A stretch of 64,000 bases of DNA from the NCBI GenBank assembly GCA_964016885.1, contig OZ024766.1:10168001-10232000 (forward strand), in the 5' to 3' direction. Each line of letters opens with the position of its first letter. The stretch's first letter is position 1. The notes below the pieces were generated by a model, which was given only the letters and a program-made list of their open reading frames with translations, did not search any database and was not told where the DNA came from. Positions 1 to 12,913 of this stretch are shown here, piece by piece. Position numbers and translations under genes: made by a program. This DNA comes from Eledone cirrhosa. Lineage: Eukaryota.

Positions 1-165
1 AGTACTCTCTCTAGTGCTCTCTCTCTCACTCTCTCACAACATAACACCAGCATGAACACCACCACATCTTTCTCCTCTCTCTAGTGCTCTCTCTCTCTCA
101 CCCTCTCTCTTGTACTCTCTCTCTCTCTGTCTAGTACTCTCTTTCTCTAGTACTCTCTCTGTCTA

Positions 166-200
<35 letters not shown>

Positions 201-277
201 ACTAACACCAGCATGAACAACACCACATCTCTCTCTCTCTGATCACAATCACTCTCTCTGTATCATACAAACTCACA

Positions 278-308
<31 letters not shown>

Positions 309-932
309 ACTCTCCCTCTCCCTCTGCATTGCATGCATTACTCTCTCTCTCTCTGATCACAATCACTCTCTCTTTGTATCATACTCACTCACCCTCTCTC
401 TTTCTGTATTGCACTCTCTCTGTCTCTCTCTCTTTTGCACTCATTCTGTCATTCTCTCTCTCTCACTCTCCCTCTCTCTCTGCATTGCATGTATTACTCT
501 CTCTCTCTCTCTCTGATCACAATCACTCTCTCTTTGTATCATACTCACTCACCCTCTCTCTTTCTGTATTGCACTCTCTCTGTCTCTCTCTCTCTCTCTC
601 TTGCACTCATTCTGTCATTCTCTCTCTCTCTTTCTCTCTCTGAAATACTCTCTCTACTTGTGCTACTCTCCCTCTCTCTCTCTCTCTATATATATATATG
701 TGTGTCTATAGCACACTCTCCCTCTCTCTCTCTCTACCTGAACTATTCTCTCACTCTCTCTCTCTCTCTATATATATATATGTGTGTCTATAGCACACTC
801 TCCCCCTCTCTCTATCTCTGTCTGTGTGTCTCAGTGTGTTTCTTTCTTTTTATACAGAACCTGTGAGTTATATTTATTACTTTTCATACCAGATAGACTA
901 TATATATATATATGTGTGTATATATCTATCTA

Positions 933-965
<33 letters not shown>

Positions 966-1190
966 GTGTATATATATACATATCTATGCATATATATATG
1001 TCTATATATATATATTGCATTGTAACATAAATTCCCGCCGTTGTTATAAAACTTCTTAATAAAAAAACGGCAGGAATTTATGTTACAACCCAATACATAC
1101 ATATATATATATATAAATGAAATATATATGTATGTATGTATGTATATATATATATATATATATATATACATACACACACACGCATATATA

Positions 1191-1385
1191 AAGTTTAATA
1201 TAGAAATGGCTTCTACAGGACTAAAACTGTTTCATTCAAAAGAAATCATCAGGAAAGCTTTCCTGATGATTTCTTTTGAATGAAACAGTTTTAGTCCTGT
1301 AGAAGCCATTTCTATATTAAACTTGATGTTTACACTCTACTAATGTATTGAGTACCTTACTAACTGTGGTTGAGCCTGGGACTCG

Positions 1386-1390
<5 letters not shown>
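1191..1390. mobile_element. foldback Penelope-like pLTR element, family A (also 7390-7586, 40675-40875, 45613-45817; fragments 37205-37285, 62530-62665)
   Basis: Roughly 120-135 bp near-perfect palindrome containing a hammerhead, followed by a unique tail (actct...gtattgagtacctt) and flanked by (TA)n. Confidence 0.75.
1257..1306 (+). ncRNA. type I hammerhead ribozyme, family A (mirror copy on - strand about 1209-1258)
   Basis: gctttc-CTGATGA-tttc tttt gaat-GAAA-cag ttttagtc ctg-TA-gaagc. Confidence 0.75.
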
Positions 1391-1426
<36 letters not shown>

Positions 1427-1503
1427 GTATATATATATATGTGTATATATATATATATGTATATATATGTATATATATGTATATATATGTATATGTATAC
1501 ATA

Positions 1504-1544
<41 letters not shown>

Positions 1545-1967
1545 GTATATATATATTATATATATATATGTATATATATGTATATATATATTATATATAT
1601 ATATGTATATAATATATGTATATATATTATATATATATATGTATATATATGTATATATATATTATATATATATATGTATATATATGTATATATATATTAT
1701 ATATATATATGTATATATATGTATATATATATTATATATATATATGTATATATATTATATATGTATATATATTATATATATATATATGTATATATATTAT
1801 ATATGTATATATATTATATATGTATATATATTATATATATATATGTATATATATTATATATATATATGTATATATATTATATATATATATATATATGTAT
1901 ATATATTATATATATATATGTATATATATTATATATATATATATATATGTATATATATTATATATAC

Positions 1968-2001
<34 letters not shown>

Positions 2002-2007
2002 ATATAT

Positions 2008-2735
2008 ATATTTATTAAAATAACAGATTAAAGTTTAAGCAAAGAATCGCTGCTTTCACCCTTAACGGGATCTTCTGAAACCAACAAAGTCAATCTGTAA
2101 ACGCAGAAGTGGATATTTAAAAAAACGTTGCAACCAGAGGAAGACAGGAAGACGATACTTTGTTTCGTGGAAACGTTCGCTGGCTAAGAACGGGAAAAAA
2201 CGAATAATACGTCATTAATAGGAGCGGTGGAAAACAATTACGCGCAAAGACAGAACCACGTTTATGGTATAAAAGAGGTCGTAGACTAATGTTCTCTTAG
2301 GTGGTGCATAGAGACGTTCTCTGGCAATGAACGGAAAAAACAAAGATAATACGTCATATGTGGAGCGTGGAGAACAATAGCACGCAAAGACAGAACCACG
2401 TTTATGGTATAAAAGAAGTCGTAGACTAATGTTCTCTTAGGTGGTGCATAGAGACGTTCTCTGGCAATGAAAGAAAAAAAAACGAAGATAATACGTCATA
2501 TGTGGAGCGTGGAGAACAATAGCACGCAAAGACAGAACCACGTTTATGGTATAATAGAGGTCGTAGTTCTGCGTTTACAGATTGACTTTGTTAGTTTCAG
2601 AAGATCCCGTTAAGGGTGAAAACAGCGATTCTTTGCTTAAACTTTAATCTGTTATTTTAATAAATATTTGCTCTACGGTTCTTATATATTTGATATATAT
2701 TTATCCTTATCGAGCCCTCTTTGGATTTTAGTCTT
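2008..2735. mobile_element. foldback element with ~100-bp inverted arms, internal ~124-bp tandem repeats and a variant hammerhead core
   Basis: Arms at 2008-2108 and 2567-2667. gttt-CAGAAGA-tccc gttaa gggt-GAAA...TT-aaac, with tail gctc...gagc. Confidence 0.65.
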
Positions 2736-2750
2736 CAAATTTATTATTAT

Positions 2751-2794
<44 letters not shown>

Positions 2795-3021
2795 ATTTAT
2801 ATATATATATATATTATATATAATATATATATATATATATATGTGTGTGTATATTATATATATATATATGTGTGTGTATATTATATATATATATATGTGT
2901 GTGTATATTATATATATATATGTGTGTGTATATTATATATATATATATATATATGTGTGTGTATATTATATATATATATATGTGTGTATATTATATATAT
3001 ATATATACATATATATGTGTG

Positions 3022-3073
<52 letters not shown>

Positions 3074-4099
3074 ATATTATATATATATATATGTATATTA
3101 TATATATTATATATATATATATATATAAAACACCCTAACCTTTAAACCACATGCCTCCACATGTGGATGTACAATTAACCAATTTTATCTCGATCTAAAG
3201 TTAACCAATCATAATCTATTTTACAGTGAATCAATCATATCTTGATATACGGTTAACCTATCATATATTGATGTTTTCAAATATTTATATTTTTTCTCTT
3301 TAGTCCTCCACTAACGTTACTTTTCTCTCCCTCATTTTCCTGTTATTTTCTCGATTCTGTAGTCAGCTTATTGTGCCATTTCCTCGTCTCTTGAGTCACT
3401 GATTCCTCCAGTGACTAATGTCTTCACTACCCCGTTCATTCAAGTCCCTCGTTTTTCTGTGTTGTATCTCTCCCATTCTTCTGTTTCCTCGTTCTTCCAG
3501 TCCTTGATGTCTACACTACCCCATTTCTCCACTGCCTCATCTCTGTAATACCCTCATTACTCCAGTATCTCTCCCATCCACCCAGTTGCTTGTTCCTTTG
3601 AGTGCCAGCTGACATATTCAGTCATTCCTTACCCATATACATACCTCATTCCTCCAGGCTTTCATTCTTCCAATTTCTTGGTTGTTCCTCCACTAACTCA
3701 TTCCTCCACTACCCCATTCCTCCATTACCTCATTCCTCCACTGTTTTATTCATTCCTCCATTATTTTATTCATTCCTCTACTCTTTTATTCATTCCTCCA
3801 CTATTTTATTCATTCCTCCACTATTTTATTCATTCCTCCACAATTTTATTCATTCCTCCAGTGTCTCTCTGGTTCCTCCACTAACTCATTCCTCTAGACC
3901 TTCATTCCTCCAATGTCTCTCTCATTCCTCCAGTCTTTCTCATTCCTCTAGGCCTTCTTTCCTCCAATGTCTTTCTCGTTCCTCCACAACCTCATTTCTC
4001 CAGTGTCTCTTTCGTTCATCCACTACCTCATTCACCCAGACACTTATTCCTCCATGCTCTAACTCATTCCTCTAGGCCTTCCTTCTTCCAATTTCTCTC

Positions 4100-6605
4100 T
4101 AATTCCTCCAGTGTCTCTCATTCCTCTAGTGTCTCTCTCATTCCTCCAATGTCTCTCTCATTCCTCCAGTGTCTCTCTCATTCCTCCAGTGTCTCACTTA
4201 TTCCTCCAATGTCTCTCTCATTCCTCCAGTGTCTCTCTCGTCCCTCCAGTGTCTCTCTCGTCCCTCCAGTATCTCTCTCATTCCTCCAGTGTCTCTCATT
4301 CCTCCAGTATCTCTCTCATTCCTCCAGTGTCTCTCTCATTCCTCCAGTGTCTCTCTCATTCCTCCAGTATCTCTCATTCCCCCAGTGTCTCTCTCATTCC
4401 TCCAGTATCTCTCATTCCCCCAGTGTCTCTCTCATTCCTCCAGTGTCTCTCTTGTTCCTCCAGTGTCTCTCTCATTCCTCCAGTGTCTCTCTCTCATTCC
4501 TCCAGTGTCTCTCTCATTCCTCCAGTGTCTCTCTCTCATTCCTCCAGTGTCTCTCTCATTCCTCCAGTGTCTCTCTCTCATTCCCCCAGTGTCTCTCTCA
4601 TTCCCCCAGTGTATCTCTCATTCCTCCAGTGTATCTCTCATTCCTCCAGTGTCTCTCTCATTCCTCCAGTGTCTCTCTCATTCCTCCAGTGTCTCTCTTG
4701 TTCCTCCAGTATCTCTCTTATTCATCCAGTGTCTCTCTCGTCCCTCCAGTGTCTCTCTCGTCCCTCCAGTGTCTCTCTCGTCCCTCCAGTGTCTCTCTCA
4801 TTCCTCCAGTGTCTCTCTCGTCTCTCTCATTCCCCCAGTGTCTCTCTCTCATTCCCCCAGTGTCTCTCTCTCATTCCCCCAGTGTCTCTCGCATTCCCCC
4901 AGTGTCTCTCTCATTCCTCCAGTGTCTCTCTCATTCCTCCAGTGTCTCTCTCATTCCTCCAGTGTCTCTCTCGTCCCTCCAGTGTCTCTCTCATTCCTCC
5001 AGTGTCTCTCTCATTCCTCCAGTGTCTCTCTCATTCCTCCAGTGTCTCTCTCTCATTCCCCCAGTGTCTCTCTTATTCCTCCAGTGTCTCTCTCGTCCCT
5101 CCAGTGTCTCTCTCGTCCCTCCAGTGTCTCTCTCATTCCTCCAGTGTCTCTCTCGTTCCTCCAGTGTCTCTCTCATTCCTCCAGTGTCTCTCTCATTCCT
5201 CCAGTGTCTCTCTCATTCCTCCAGTGTCTCTCTCGTCCCTCCAGTGTCTCTCTCATTCCTCCAGTATCTCTCTTATTCCTCCAGTGTCTCTCTTGTTCCT
5301 CCAGTATCTCTCTTATTCCTCCAGTGTCTCTCTCGTCCTTCCAGTGTCTCTCTCATTCCTCCAGTGTCTCTCTCGTTCCTCCAGTGTCTCTCTCGTTCCT
5401 CCAGTGTCTCTCTCGTTCCTCCAGTGTCTCTCTCGTTCCTCCAGTGTCTCTCTCGTTCCTCCAGTGTCTCTCTCGTTCCTCCAGTGTCTCTCTCGTTCCT
5501 CCAGTGTCTCTCTCGTTCCTCCAGTGTCTCTCTCGTTCCTCCAGTGTCTCTCTCGTTCCTCCAGTGTCTCTCTCGTTCCTCCAGTGTCTCTCTCGTTCCT
5601 CCAGTGTCTCTCTCGTTCCTCCAGTGTCTCTCTCATTCCTCCAGTGTCTCTCTCATTCCTCCAGTGTCTCTCTCATTCCTCCAGTGTCTCTCTCATTCCT
5701 CCAGTGTCTCTCTCGTCCCTCCAGTGTCTCTCTCGTCCCTCCAGTGTCTCTCTCGTCCCTCCAGTGTCTCTCTCGTCCCTCCAGTGTCTCTCTCGTCCCT
5801 CCAGTGTCTCTCTCGTCCCTCCAGTGTCTCTCTCTCATTCCTCCAGTGTCTCTCTCATTCCTCCAGTGTCTCTCTCATTCCTCCAGTGTCTCTCTCATTC
5901 CTCCAGTGTCTCTCTCATTCCTCCAGTGTCTCTCTCATTCCTCCAGTGTCTCTCTCGTCCCTCCAGTGTCTCTCTCGTCCCTCCAGTGTCTCTCTCGTCC
6001 CTCCAGTGTCTCTCTCGTCCCTCCAGTGTCTCTCTCGTCCCTCCAGTGTCTCTCTCTCATTCCTCCAGTGTCTCTCTCATTCCTCCAGTGTCTCTCTCAT
6101 TCCTCCAGTGTCTCTCTTGTTCCTCCAGTATCTCTCTTATTCCTCCAGTGTCTCTCTTGTTCCTCCAGTATCTCTCTCATTCCTCCAGTGTCTCTCATTC
6201 CTCCAGTGTCTCTCTTGTTCCTCCAGTATCTCTCTTATTCCTCCAGTGTCTCTCTTGTTCCTCCAGTATCTCTCTTATTCCTCCAGTGTCTCTCTCGTCC
6301 CTCCAGTGTCTCTCTCATTCCTCCAGTGTCTCTCTCGTTCCTCCAGTGTCTCTCTCATTCCTCCAGTGTCTCTCTCGTCCCTCCAGTGTCTCTCTCGTCC
6401 CTCCAGTGTCTCTCATTCCTCCAGTGTCTCTCTTGTTCCTCCAGTATCTCTCTTATTCCTCCAGTGTCTCTCTCGTCCCTCCAGTGTCTCTCTCATTCCC
6501 CCAGTGTCTCTCTCATTCCTCCAGTGTCCCTCTCGTTCCTCCAGTGTCTCTCTCGTTCCTCCAGTGTCTCTCTCGTTCCTCCAGTGTCTCTCTCATTCCT
6601 CCAAC
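4100..6605. repeat. 20-bp minisatellite (CCTCCAGTGTCTCTCTCATT), about 125 copies, with a degenerate flank from about 3400
   Basis: Direct inspection. Explains the 800+ aa ORFs seen in all three + frames. Confidence 0.97.
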
Positions 6606-6756
6606 CTTTCCTCACCCCCAACCACAATCACATATGTGCAGTCTGACCCACTCCATTGAATATTTCTCAGTCTATATATTATTTTATTTTAATTTTTTTT
6701 AAAATTGTTGTTGTTGTTGTTGTTGTTGTTGTCAATTTTACTTCAGAAATCTCCAC

Positions 6757-6792
<36 letters not shown>

Positions 6793-6870
6793 TATTATTG
6801 TTGTTGTTGTTGTTGTTATTTCTGTGAGCTGAAGCAAAATCAGGATTAGGTCAATGGATGATTAAATGAG

Positions 6871-6902
<32 letters not shown>

Positions 6903-6954
6903 GTATGTATATATATATTATGTATGTATATATTATATATGTATATATTATATA

Positions 6955-7001
<47 letters not shown>

Positions 7002-7037
7002 TATATATGTATATATTATATATGTATATATTATAAA

Positions 7038-7078
<41 letters not shown>

Positions 7079-7202
7079 GTATATATTATATATATATTAT
7101 ATATATATATATATATGTATATATTATATATGTATATATTATATATATATTATATATATATATATATATGTATATATTATATAGATATATTATATATATA
7201 TA

Positions 7203-7246
<44 letters not shown>

Positions 7247-7306
7247 TATATAGATATATTATATATATATATATATATTATATATATATATGTATATATT
7301 ATATAG

Positions 7307-7353
<47 letters not shown>

Positions 7354-7404
7354 TATATATGTATATATTATATATATTATATATATATATTTTAATATAG
7401 AAGA

Positions 7405-7453
7405 GCTTCTACAGGACTAGAACTGTTTCATTCGTGACAAATCATCAGGAAGC
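7405..7453 (-). ncRNA. type I hammerhead ribozyme, family A
   Basis: Reverse complement: gcttc-CTGATGA-tttgtcacgaat-GAAA-cag ttctagtc ctg-TA-gaagc. The + strand mirror has a C3 to U change. Confidence 0.7.
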
Positions 7454-7596
7454 CTTGATGATTTCTCACGAATGAAACAGTTCTAGTTCTGTAGAAGCTC
7501 TTCTATATTAAAACATTTACACTCTGCTATGTATTGAGTACCTTACTTACTGTGGTTACCTCCGATTTAACCCGGAATAACTTACCTATATATATA

Positions 7597-7952
7597 TATG
7601 TATATTATTCAAAATATTAATAAAAGAAGACGTTCACGTAATCAAAATATATGTTTTATTATATATGTTTCGGAGGTACTGTGCTGTTTTTTCAGTACGT
7701 CCTCATCAGATAAAATACATGAATTGATGTATGACATACCTCAACTGTGTTGATGGTTTAATTCCAGTCTTGCCAAGATTGGAATTAAACCATCAACACA
7801 GTTGAGGTATGTCATACATCAATTCATGTATTTTATCTGATGAGGACGTACTGAAAAAAACAGCACGTACCTCCAAAATATAAATAATAAAACATATATT
7901 TTGATTATGTGAACGTCTTCTTTTATTAATATTTTGAATAATACATATATAT
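7597..7952. mobile_element. foldback pLTR element, family B (relatives 13791-13955, 13985-14416, 50358-50588, 60288-60621)
   Basis: ~350-bp palindrome with a hammerhead on each arm, in (TA)n. Confidence 0.75.
7654..7715 (-). ncRNA. type I hammerhead ribozyme, family B
   Basis: Reverse complement: ttttat-CTGATGA-ggacgtactg...cagtacctcc-GAAA-catata-TA-ataaaa. Confidence 0.7.
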
Positions 7953-8448
7953 ATCATCATCATCATATTTATAAACACATAACCACCCATTTTATTTTCA
8001 ACCCTAGGCCATAACCCCTGACGTCTACACCCTTCCATTGTTAAATATATCTCAATTTAAAAAGTAACAAATTTTCTTCCTATAACCTCATATTTTTCCT
8101 TCATTTTCCTTCAAAGTTTTCTTCTTTTCTTCATTTCTTTAAATCTCCTTCTTTGTTTTTCATTCTTTTCTAAATTTTATTTTATTTTTGTATTTTGAAA
8201 AAAATTTGTGATTTATGTTTTTTTGTTTATCTGTTGTTTGTTTGTTGTTGGTTTTGTAACCCTTATTGGTAATTATATATGTATATATATATATATATAT
8301 ATACTTGTGTGTATATATAGATTTGTGTTTGTATATATGTATGTATATATTTTTTTCATTTTTTTCATTTCATTTTACGTCCGCTTTTTCCCTGCTTGCA
8401 AGGGTGGGACGGGAACTGATTCTATGAATATATATATATATATATATA

Positions 8449-8640
8449 TAGGAACCAGTAAGACCCCGACGGCTGAGCTCAAGCCGTTTCGACGGCTAAT
8501 TCTGGACCAGAATTAGCCGTCGAAACGGCTTGAGCTCAGCCGTCGGGGTCTTACTGGTTCCTATTACCCACTCTACTACCCCAAGTATTGAGTACTTTGG
8601 TGCGTTATGGTCCACCTGGTTCCTTACCACATTTCCTTCG

Positions 8641-8642
<2 letters not shown>
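8449..8642. mobile_element. foldback pLTR element truncated within hammerhead stem II (relatives 11811-11916, 17511-17562, 47760-47867, 52955-53075, 62239-62318)
   Basis: Palindrome carrying only the 3' half, GAAA-cggct tgagctc agccg-TC-ggggtc, plus tail cactct...gtattgagtac. Confidence 0.7.
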
Positions 8643-8674
<32 letters not shown>

Positions 8675-8921
8675 GAAAATTAGAGTTAAAACTCCAATTG
8701 CAACCCTGTAACTATTAAGCTCCAAGTATAAAATACTGAGCCGATTAATAATATATATGCAGTAAGAAACACAGTAAACCGTGTGTCTAATATTACAAGG
8801 GTTGAAAAACCACATTTGTTTAAAATATTTCAAACAAATGTGGTTTTTCAACCCTTGTAATATTAGACACACGGTTTACTGTGTTTCTTTCTGCATATAT
8901 ATTATATATATATATATATAT

Positions 8922-9125
8922 ATAATATATAAGATCAAAAGATGGTTAAAGGAGTTCCATGTATTTTATTATGCGCATTTAAATGCGCATAATAAAATAC
9001 ATGGAACTCCTTTAACCATTTTTTGATCTTATATATTATGTATACTCCAGTCCTACAAACTGTAGAGTGCTTCTTATCCGATATCTGCATTGCTTTATTG
9101 TACTACAATAAAACTCACCTCCTAC

Positions 9126-9127
<2 letters not shown>
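8922..9127. mobile_element. foldback pLTR element, family C, folded at the GAAA of the hammerhead
   Basis: Palindrome centred on atgcgcattt/aaatgcgcat. Same family as 39980-40175 and 41515-41700. Confidence 0.7.
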
Positions 9128-9160
<33 letters not shown>

Positions 9161-9669
9161 GTATCGGTATCTGTGTATATATATATATATATGTATGTAT
9201 ATGTATATATGTATGTATGTAGATGTATGTATGTATATATATGTGTATATATATATGTATATATACATATATGTATTTATGTATGTATGTGTATATATAT
9301 GTGTATATATATATGTCTGTATCTTTGTATATATATATATATATATATATATTTATTTATTTGTGCAACTCTTGCAAGCAAGGAAAAGCAGACGTAAAGA
9401 CAAGTATGATATATATATCTGCTTAAGACAGTAGGGGTGGTTTGAGGGAGATATGGCTGCCATTTCTATCAGGTCTAGATACCATGTAGAGGTCTCCCTC
9501 ATCTTCATCACTAGCTGAAGATAAATAAATAAATATATATATATATATATGCAAACGTGATGTGCTGTCATAGTCATTGGGATGTGATGTGGAGGTGTAC
9601 ATGCCTCGCTACTTTGTGCTCATATAAAACAGTTATTTTCTCTCTTTCTCGACATGCTTATGCCGCCAG

Positions 9670-9792
9670 ACTGTCCGCGAGAACCCTCTCTGGTGCTGAT
9701 TGTGAAATGGGGCGGAGAGTTGACTCCTGCTGGCAAAATCCAGGCCGAGGAACTTGGGAAGGCCTTTCGTACACTGTATCCTGGTGGTCAAG
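9670..9792 (+). CDS. PPIP5K: PPIP5K/VIP1 exon (phosphatase domain: [42 protein letters not shown])
   Basis: KWGGELT...AEELG..FR..YPGGQG is the conserved PPIP5K motif. ccag| acceptor, G|gtatac donor, phase 1 to 1. Upstream exons (kinase domain, RHxxR motif) lie outside the window. Confidence 0.95.
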
Positions 9793-10716
9793 GTATACTG
9801 GTGTTGTTGGTGTCAGGTTTTGATGTTGTTGGTGGTCAGGTGTGTGTTGTTGGTGAGTGTGTCTCTGTGTGTGTGTGTGTGAGTATAGGTGTGTTTGTGT
9901 GTATGATATTATCTTTTGATGTTGGTATTGGTGGGGTGTGTGTGTATGTGTGCGTAAAAAAATATTGTGTATATATGTGTGTATATGTGTGAAAAAAGGG
10001 TGTGTGTATATATGTGTATATGTGTGAAAAAATGGTGTGTATATTTTTATGTGTGTGTAAAAAAATATTGTGTATATATGTGAGTATATGTGTGAAAAAA
10101 GGGTGTGTATATATGTATGTGTGTGTAAAAAAGGTGTGTATATATGTATGTGTGTGTAAAAAAGGTGTGTATATATGTATGTGTGTGTAAAAAGGGTGTG
10201 TATATATGTGTGTGTGTAAAAAAGGTGTGTATATATGTATGTAAAAAATGGTGTGTATAGATGTATGTGTGTGTAAAAAGGGTGTGTATATATGTGTGTG
10301 TGTGTAAAAAAGGTGTGTATATATGTATGTAAAAAATGGTGTGTATATATGTATGTGTGTGTAAAAAAAATTGTGTATATGTGTGTAGGTGTGCATATGT
10401 AAGCATCTCTGTATGCATGTATGTATGCATCTATGTTTGTGTGTGTGTATATGAGTGATAATGTGTGTGTGTTTGATAAACACACATGTATAGACACATA
10501 ATCCTCTACCTTAATAGTTCTCTCTCTCTTTTTCACTTCTCTCTCTCATTCTCTCTAGTTTTCCTCTCTGTCCCCCTCTCGATCGCTTTCTCTCTCCTCT
10601 TTTCACTCCCTCTATCTTTCCCTCCTTGTCTCTTTCTTCTTTTTTCTCACACTGCCTCTCTTTCATTCTCTTTCCCTCTCTCTGCCTCACTCTCTAACTG
10701 TCTTTCTACTCCTCAG

Positions 10717-10835
10717 GAGAGTTTGGTGCCCCAGGGCTGGGGTTCCTCCGACTCCACAGTACCTTCCGCCATGATCTCAAGATGTACGCCTCTGATGAGG
10801 GCAGGGTTCAAATGACAGCTGCAGCTTTTGCAAAG
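10717..10835 (+). CDS. PPIP5K: PPIP5K exon ([40 protein letters not shown])
   Basis: [30 protein letters not shown] is the family motif. ctcag| acceptor and AAG|gtagg donor, phase 1 to 0. Confidence 0.97.
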
Positions 10836-10964
10836 GTAGGTATATAGGTATATATATAATATAGTAAGTAACATGAATATGGCAAGATCACAGTTACAGA
10901 ATCAACATTTATGTATATATAACATATGTATATATAGAGAAGGGGTTTTTACCCATTATATCAT

Positions 10965-11503
10965 CATCATCATCATCATCATCATTTAGACCCGCTTTTC
11001 CCTGCTTGCAAGGGTGGGACGGGTCCTATTCAGCACAGCATCTCTTCACTTGTCGCGGTCCTTCGTCATCTCTTCTGTGAGTTTCAGCGATCTGAGGTCA
11101 GCTCTCACCACCTGCGCCCATGTTTTTCGTGGTTTTCCTCTACTGCGTCTTCCTTCTACTGGGATTTCTTGGCACTTCTTTACCCAGCGGTCGTCCTCCA
11201 TGCACATCACATGTCCATACCATCTCAGTTTTCTCTCCTGCACACCACAACTTATCCCTCTTATACCCAGTTTCTCTCTCTCACCACCTGCACCCATGTT
11301 TTTCGTGGTTTTCCTCTACTGCGTCTTCCTTCTACTGGGATTTCTTGGCACTTCTTTACCCAGCGGTCGTCCTCCATGCACATCACATGTCCATACCATC
11401 TCAGTCTTCTCTCCTGCACACCACAACTTACCCCTCTTATACCCAGTTTCTCTCTCAACTCATCTATGCCTGGTCGTTTACGCACATTGACATTGCACAT
11501 CCA

Positions 11504-11508
<5 letters not shown>
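10965..11508 (-). mobile_element. RTE-type LINE 3' fragment with internal duplication (also 12095-12485 on +)
   Basis: RLRWYGHVM...GRRSRGKPRKTW ORF2 C-terminus and (ATG)n tail. Confidence 0.85.
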
Positions 11509-11553
<45 letters not shown>

Positions 11554-12514
11554 TTGCTTTGCAGCATAGAGTTACAGCCCTTTATGGTCTGAGTTCAAAT
11601 GCCGCCGAGGTCAACTTTGCCTTTCATCCTTACAGGGTCGATAAAATAAAGTACCAGTAATGCACTGGGTAATTGCTGGCCTTGTGCCAAAAGTAGAAAC
11701 AATTAAATATACATATACATATGTGCATATATGTATGTATGCATATTTATGTATATATATATATATATCTGTGTGTGATATATATATGTGTGTGTGTATA
11801 TATATATATAATAGGAAAAAGTATGACCCCGACGGCAGAGCTCAAGCTATTTCGACGGCTATTTCTGGACAATTGTCCAGAAATAGCCGTTGAAACGGCT
11901 TGAGCACTGCCGTCGGTGCAAAGTGGTTGTGGAGGTGCCACGGCAAAAAAGCACCCAGCCCACACTGTAAATGGGGTTGGTGTTAGGAAGGGCATCCAGC
12001 TGTAGAAATCAGGCTAGAGTCAGTTCCTGTCCCTCCCTTGCAAGCAGGGAAAAGCGGACGTAAAATGATGATGATGATGATGATATATATATATAGACTG
12101 CTGGGTAAAGAAGTGCCAAGAAATCCCAGTGGAAGGAAGAAGCAGTAGAGGAAGACCACGAAAAACATGGGCTGAGGTGGTGACAGAGAGAAACTGTGTA
12201 TAAGAGGGATAAGTTGCGGTGTGCAGGAGAGAAGACTGAGATGGTATGGACATGTGATGCACATGGAAGATGACCACTTGGTGAAGAAGTGCCAAGAAAT
12301 CTCAGTAGAAGGAAAACGCAGTAGAGGCAGACCACGAAAAACATGGGTGGAGGTGGTGAGAGCAGACCTCAGATTGCTGAAACTCACGGAGGAGATGACG
12401 ATGGACCGTGACAAGTGGAGATGCTGTGCTGAATAGGACCCGTCCCTCCCTTGCAAGCAGGGAAAAGCGGACGTAAAATGATGATGTATTTGTATATATA
12501 TATATATATGTTTA

Positions 12515-12850
12515 GGAGGCACCTGGCTTAGTGGTTAGAGCATTGGCCTTGCAATCGAAAGGTTGTGAGTTCAATTCTCAGACCGGGTGATGTGTTGTTT
12601 CTTTGAGCAAGACACTTTATTTCACATTGCTCCAGTTTACTCAGCTGTAGAAATGAGATGATAGGGACTGGGGTCCCTATCATTCCACTGCAAAGTGGTC
12701 GTGGAGGTGCCATGGCAAAAAAAGCACCCAGCACTCACTGTAAATGAGGTTGGTGTTAGGAAGGGCATCCAGCTGTAGAAATCAAGCCAGAATCAGTTCC
12801 CGTCCCACCCTTGCAAGCAGGGAAAAGCGGACGTAAAATGAAATGATGAT
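12515..12850 (+). mobile_element. tRNA-derived SINE with RTE-type tail (copies at 13511, 18942, 25251, 62730, 63002 on +; 18345, 23010, 39560, 40885, 43775, 46435 on -)
   Basis: A box tggcttagtgg, B box gagttcaattc, ccttgagcaagacactt core, tail cccttgcaagcagggaaaagcggacgtaaa(atg)n. Confidence 0.9.
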
Positions 12851-12913
12851 GTTTATTAAAATCTTTTTTTAAATTAAATTTTTCTTAATTCTTTCATTCT
12901 TGTTTTTCTGCAG

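Noticed and set aside
1020-1088. Short palindrome as ribozyme or terminator
   Set aside because: No hammerhead core is visible, and bacterial terminators are irrelevant here. It is probably a small foldback remnant.
4111-6702. 825-863 aa ORFs in three frames
   Set aside because: These translate a stop-free 20-bp minisatellite and are not a gene.
12515-12590. tRNA gene
   Set aside because: The A/B boxes belong to a multi-copy SINE head with core and LINE-type tail; there is no clean cloverleaf or terminator.
12528-12734. Recurrent ORF ...GMIGTPVPIISFLQLSKLEQCEIKCLAQG... as a gene family
   Set aside because: It is the antisense translation of the SINE copies.
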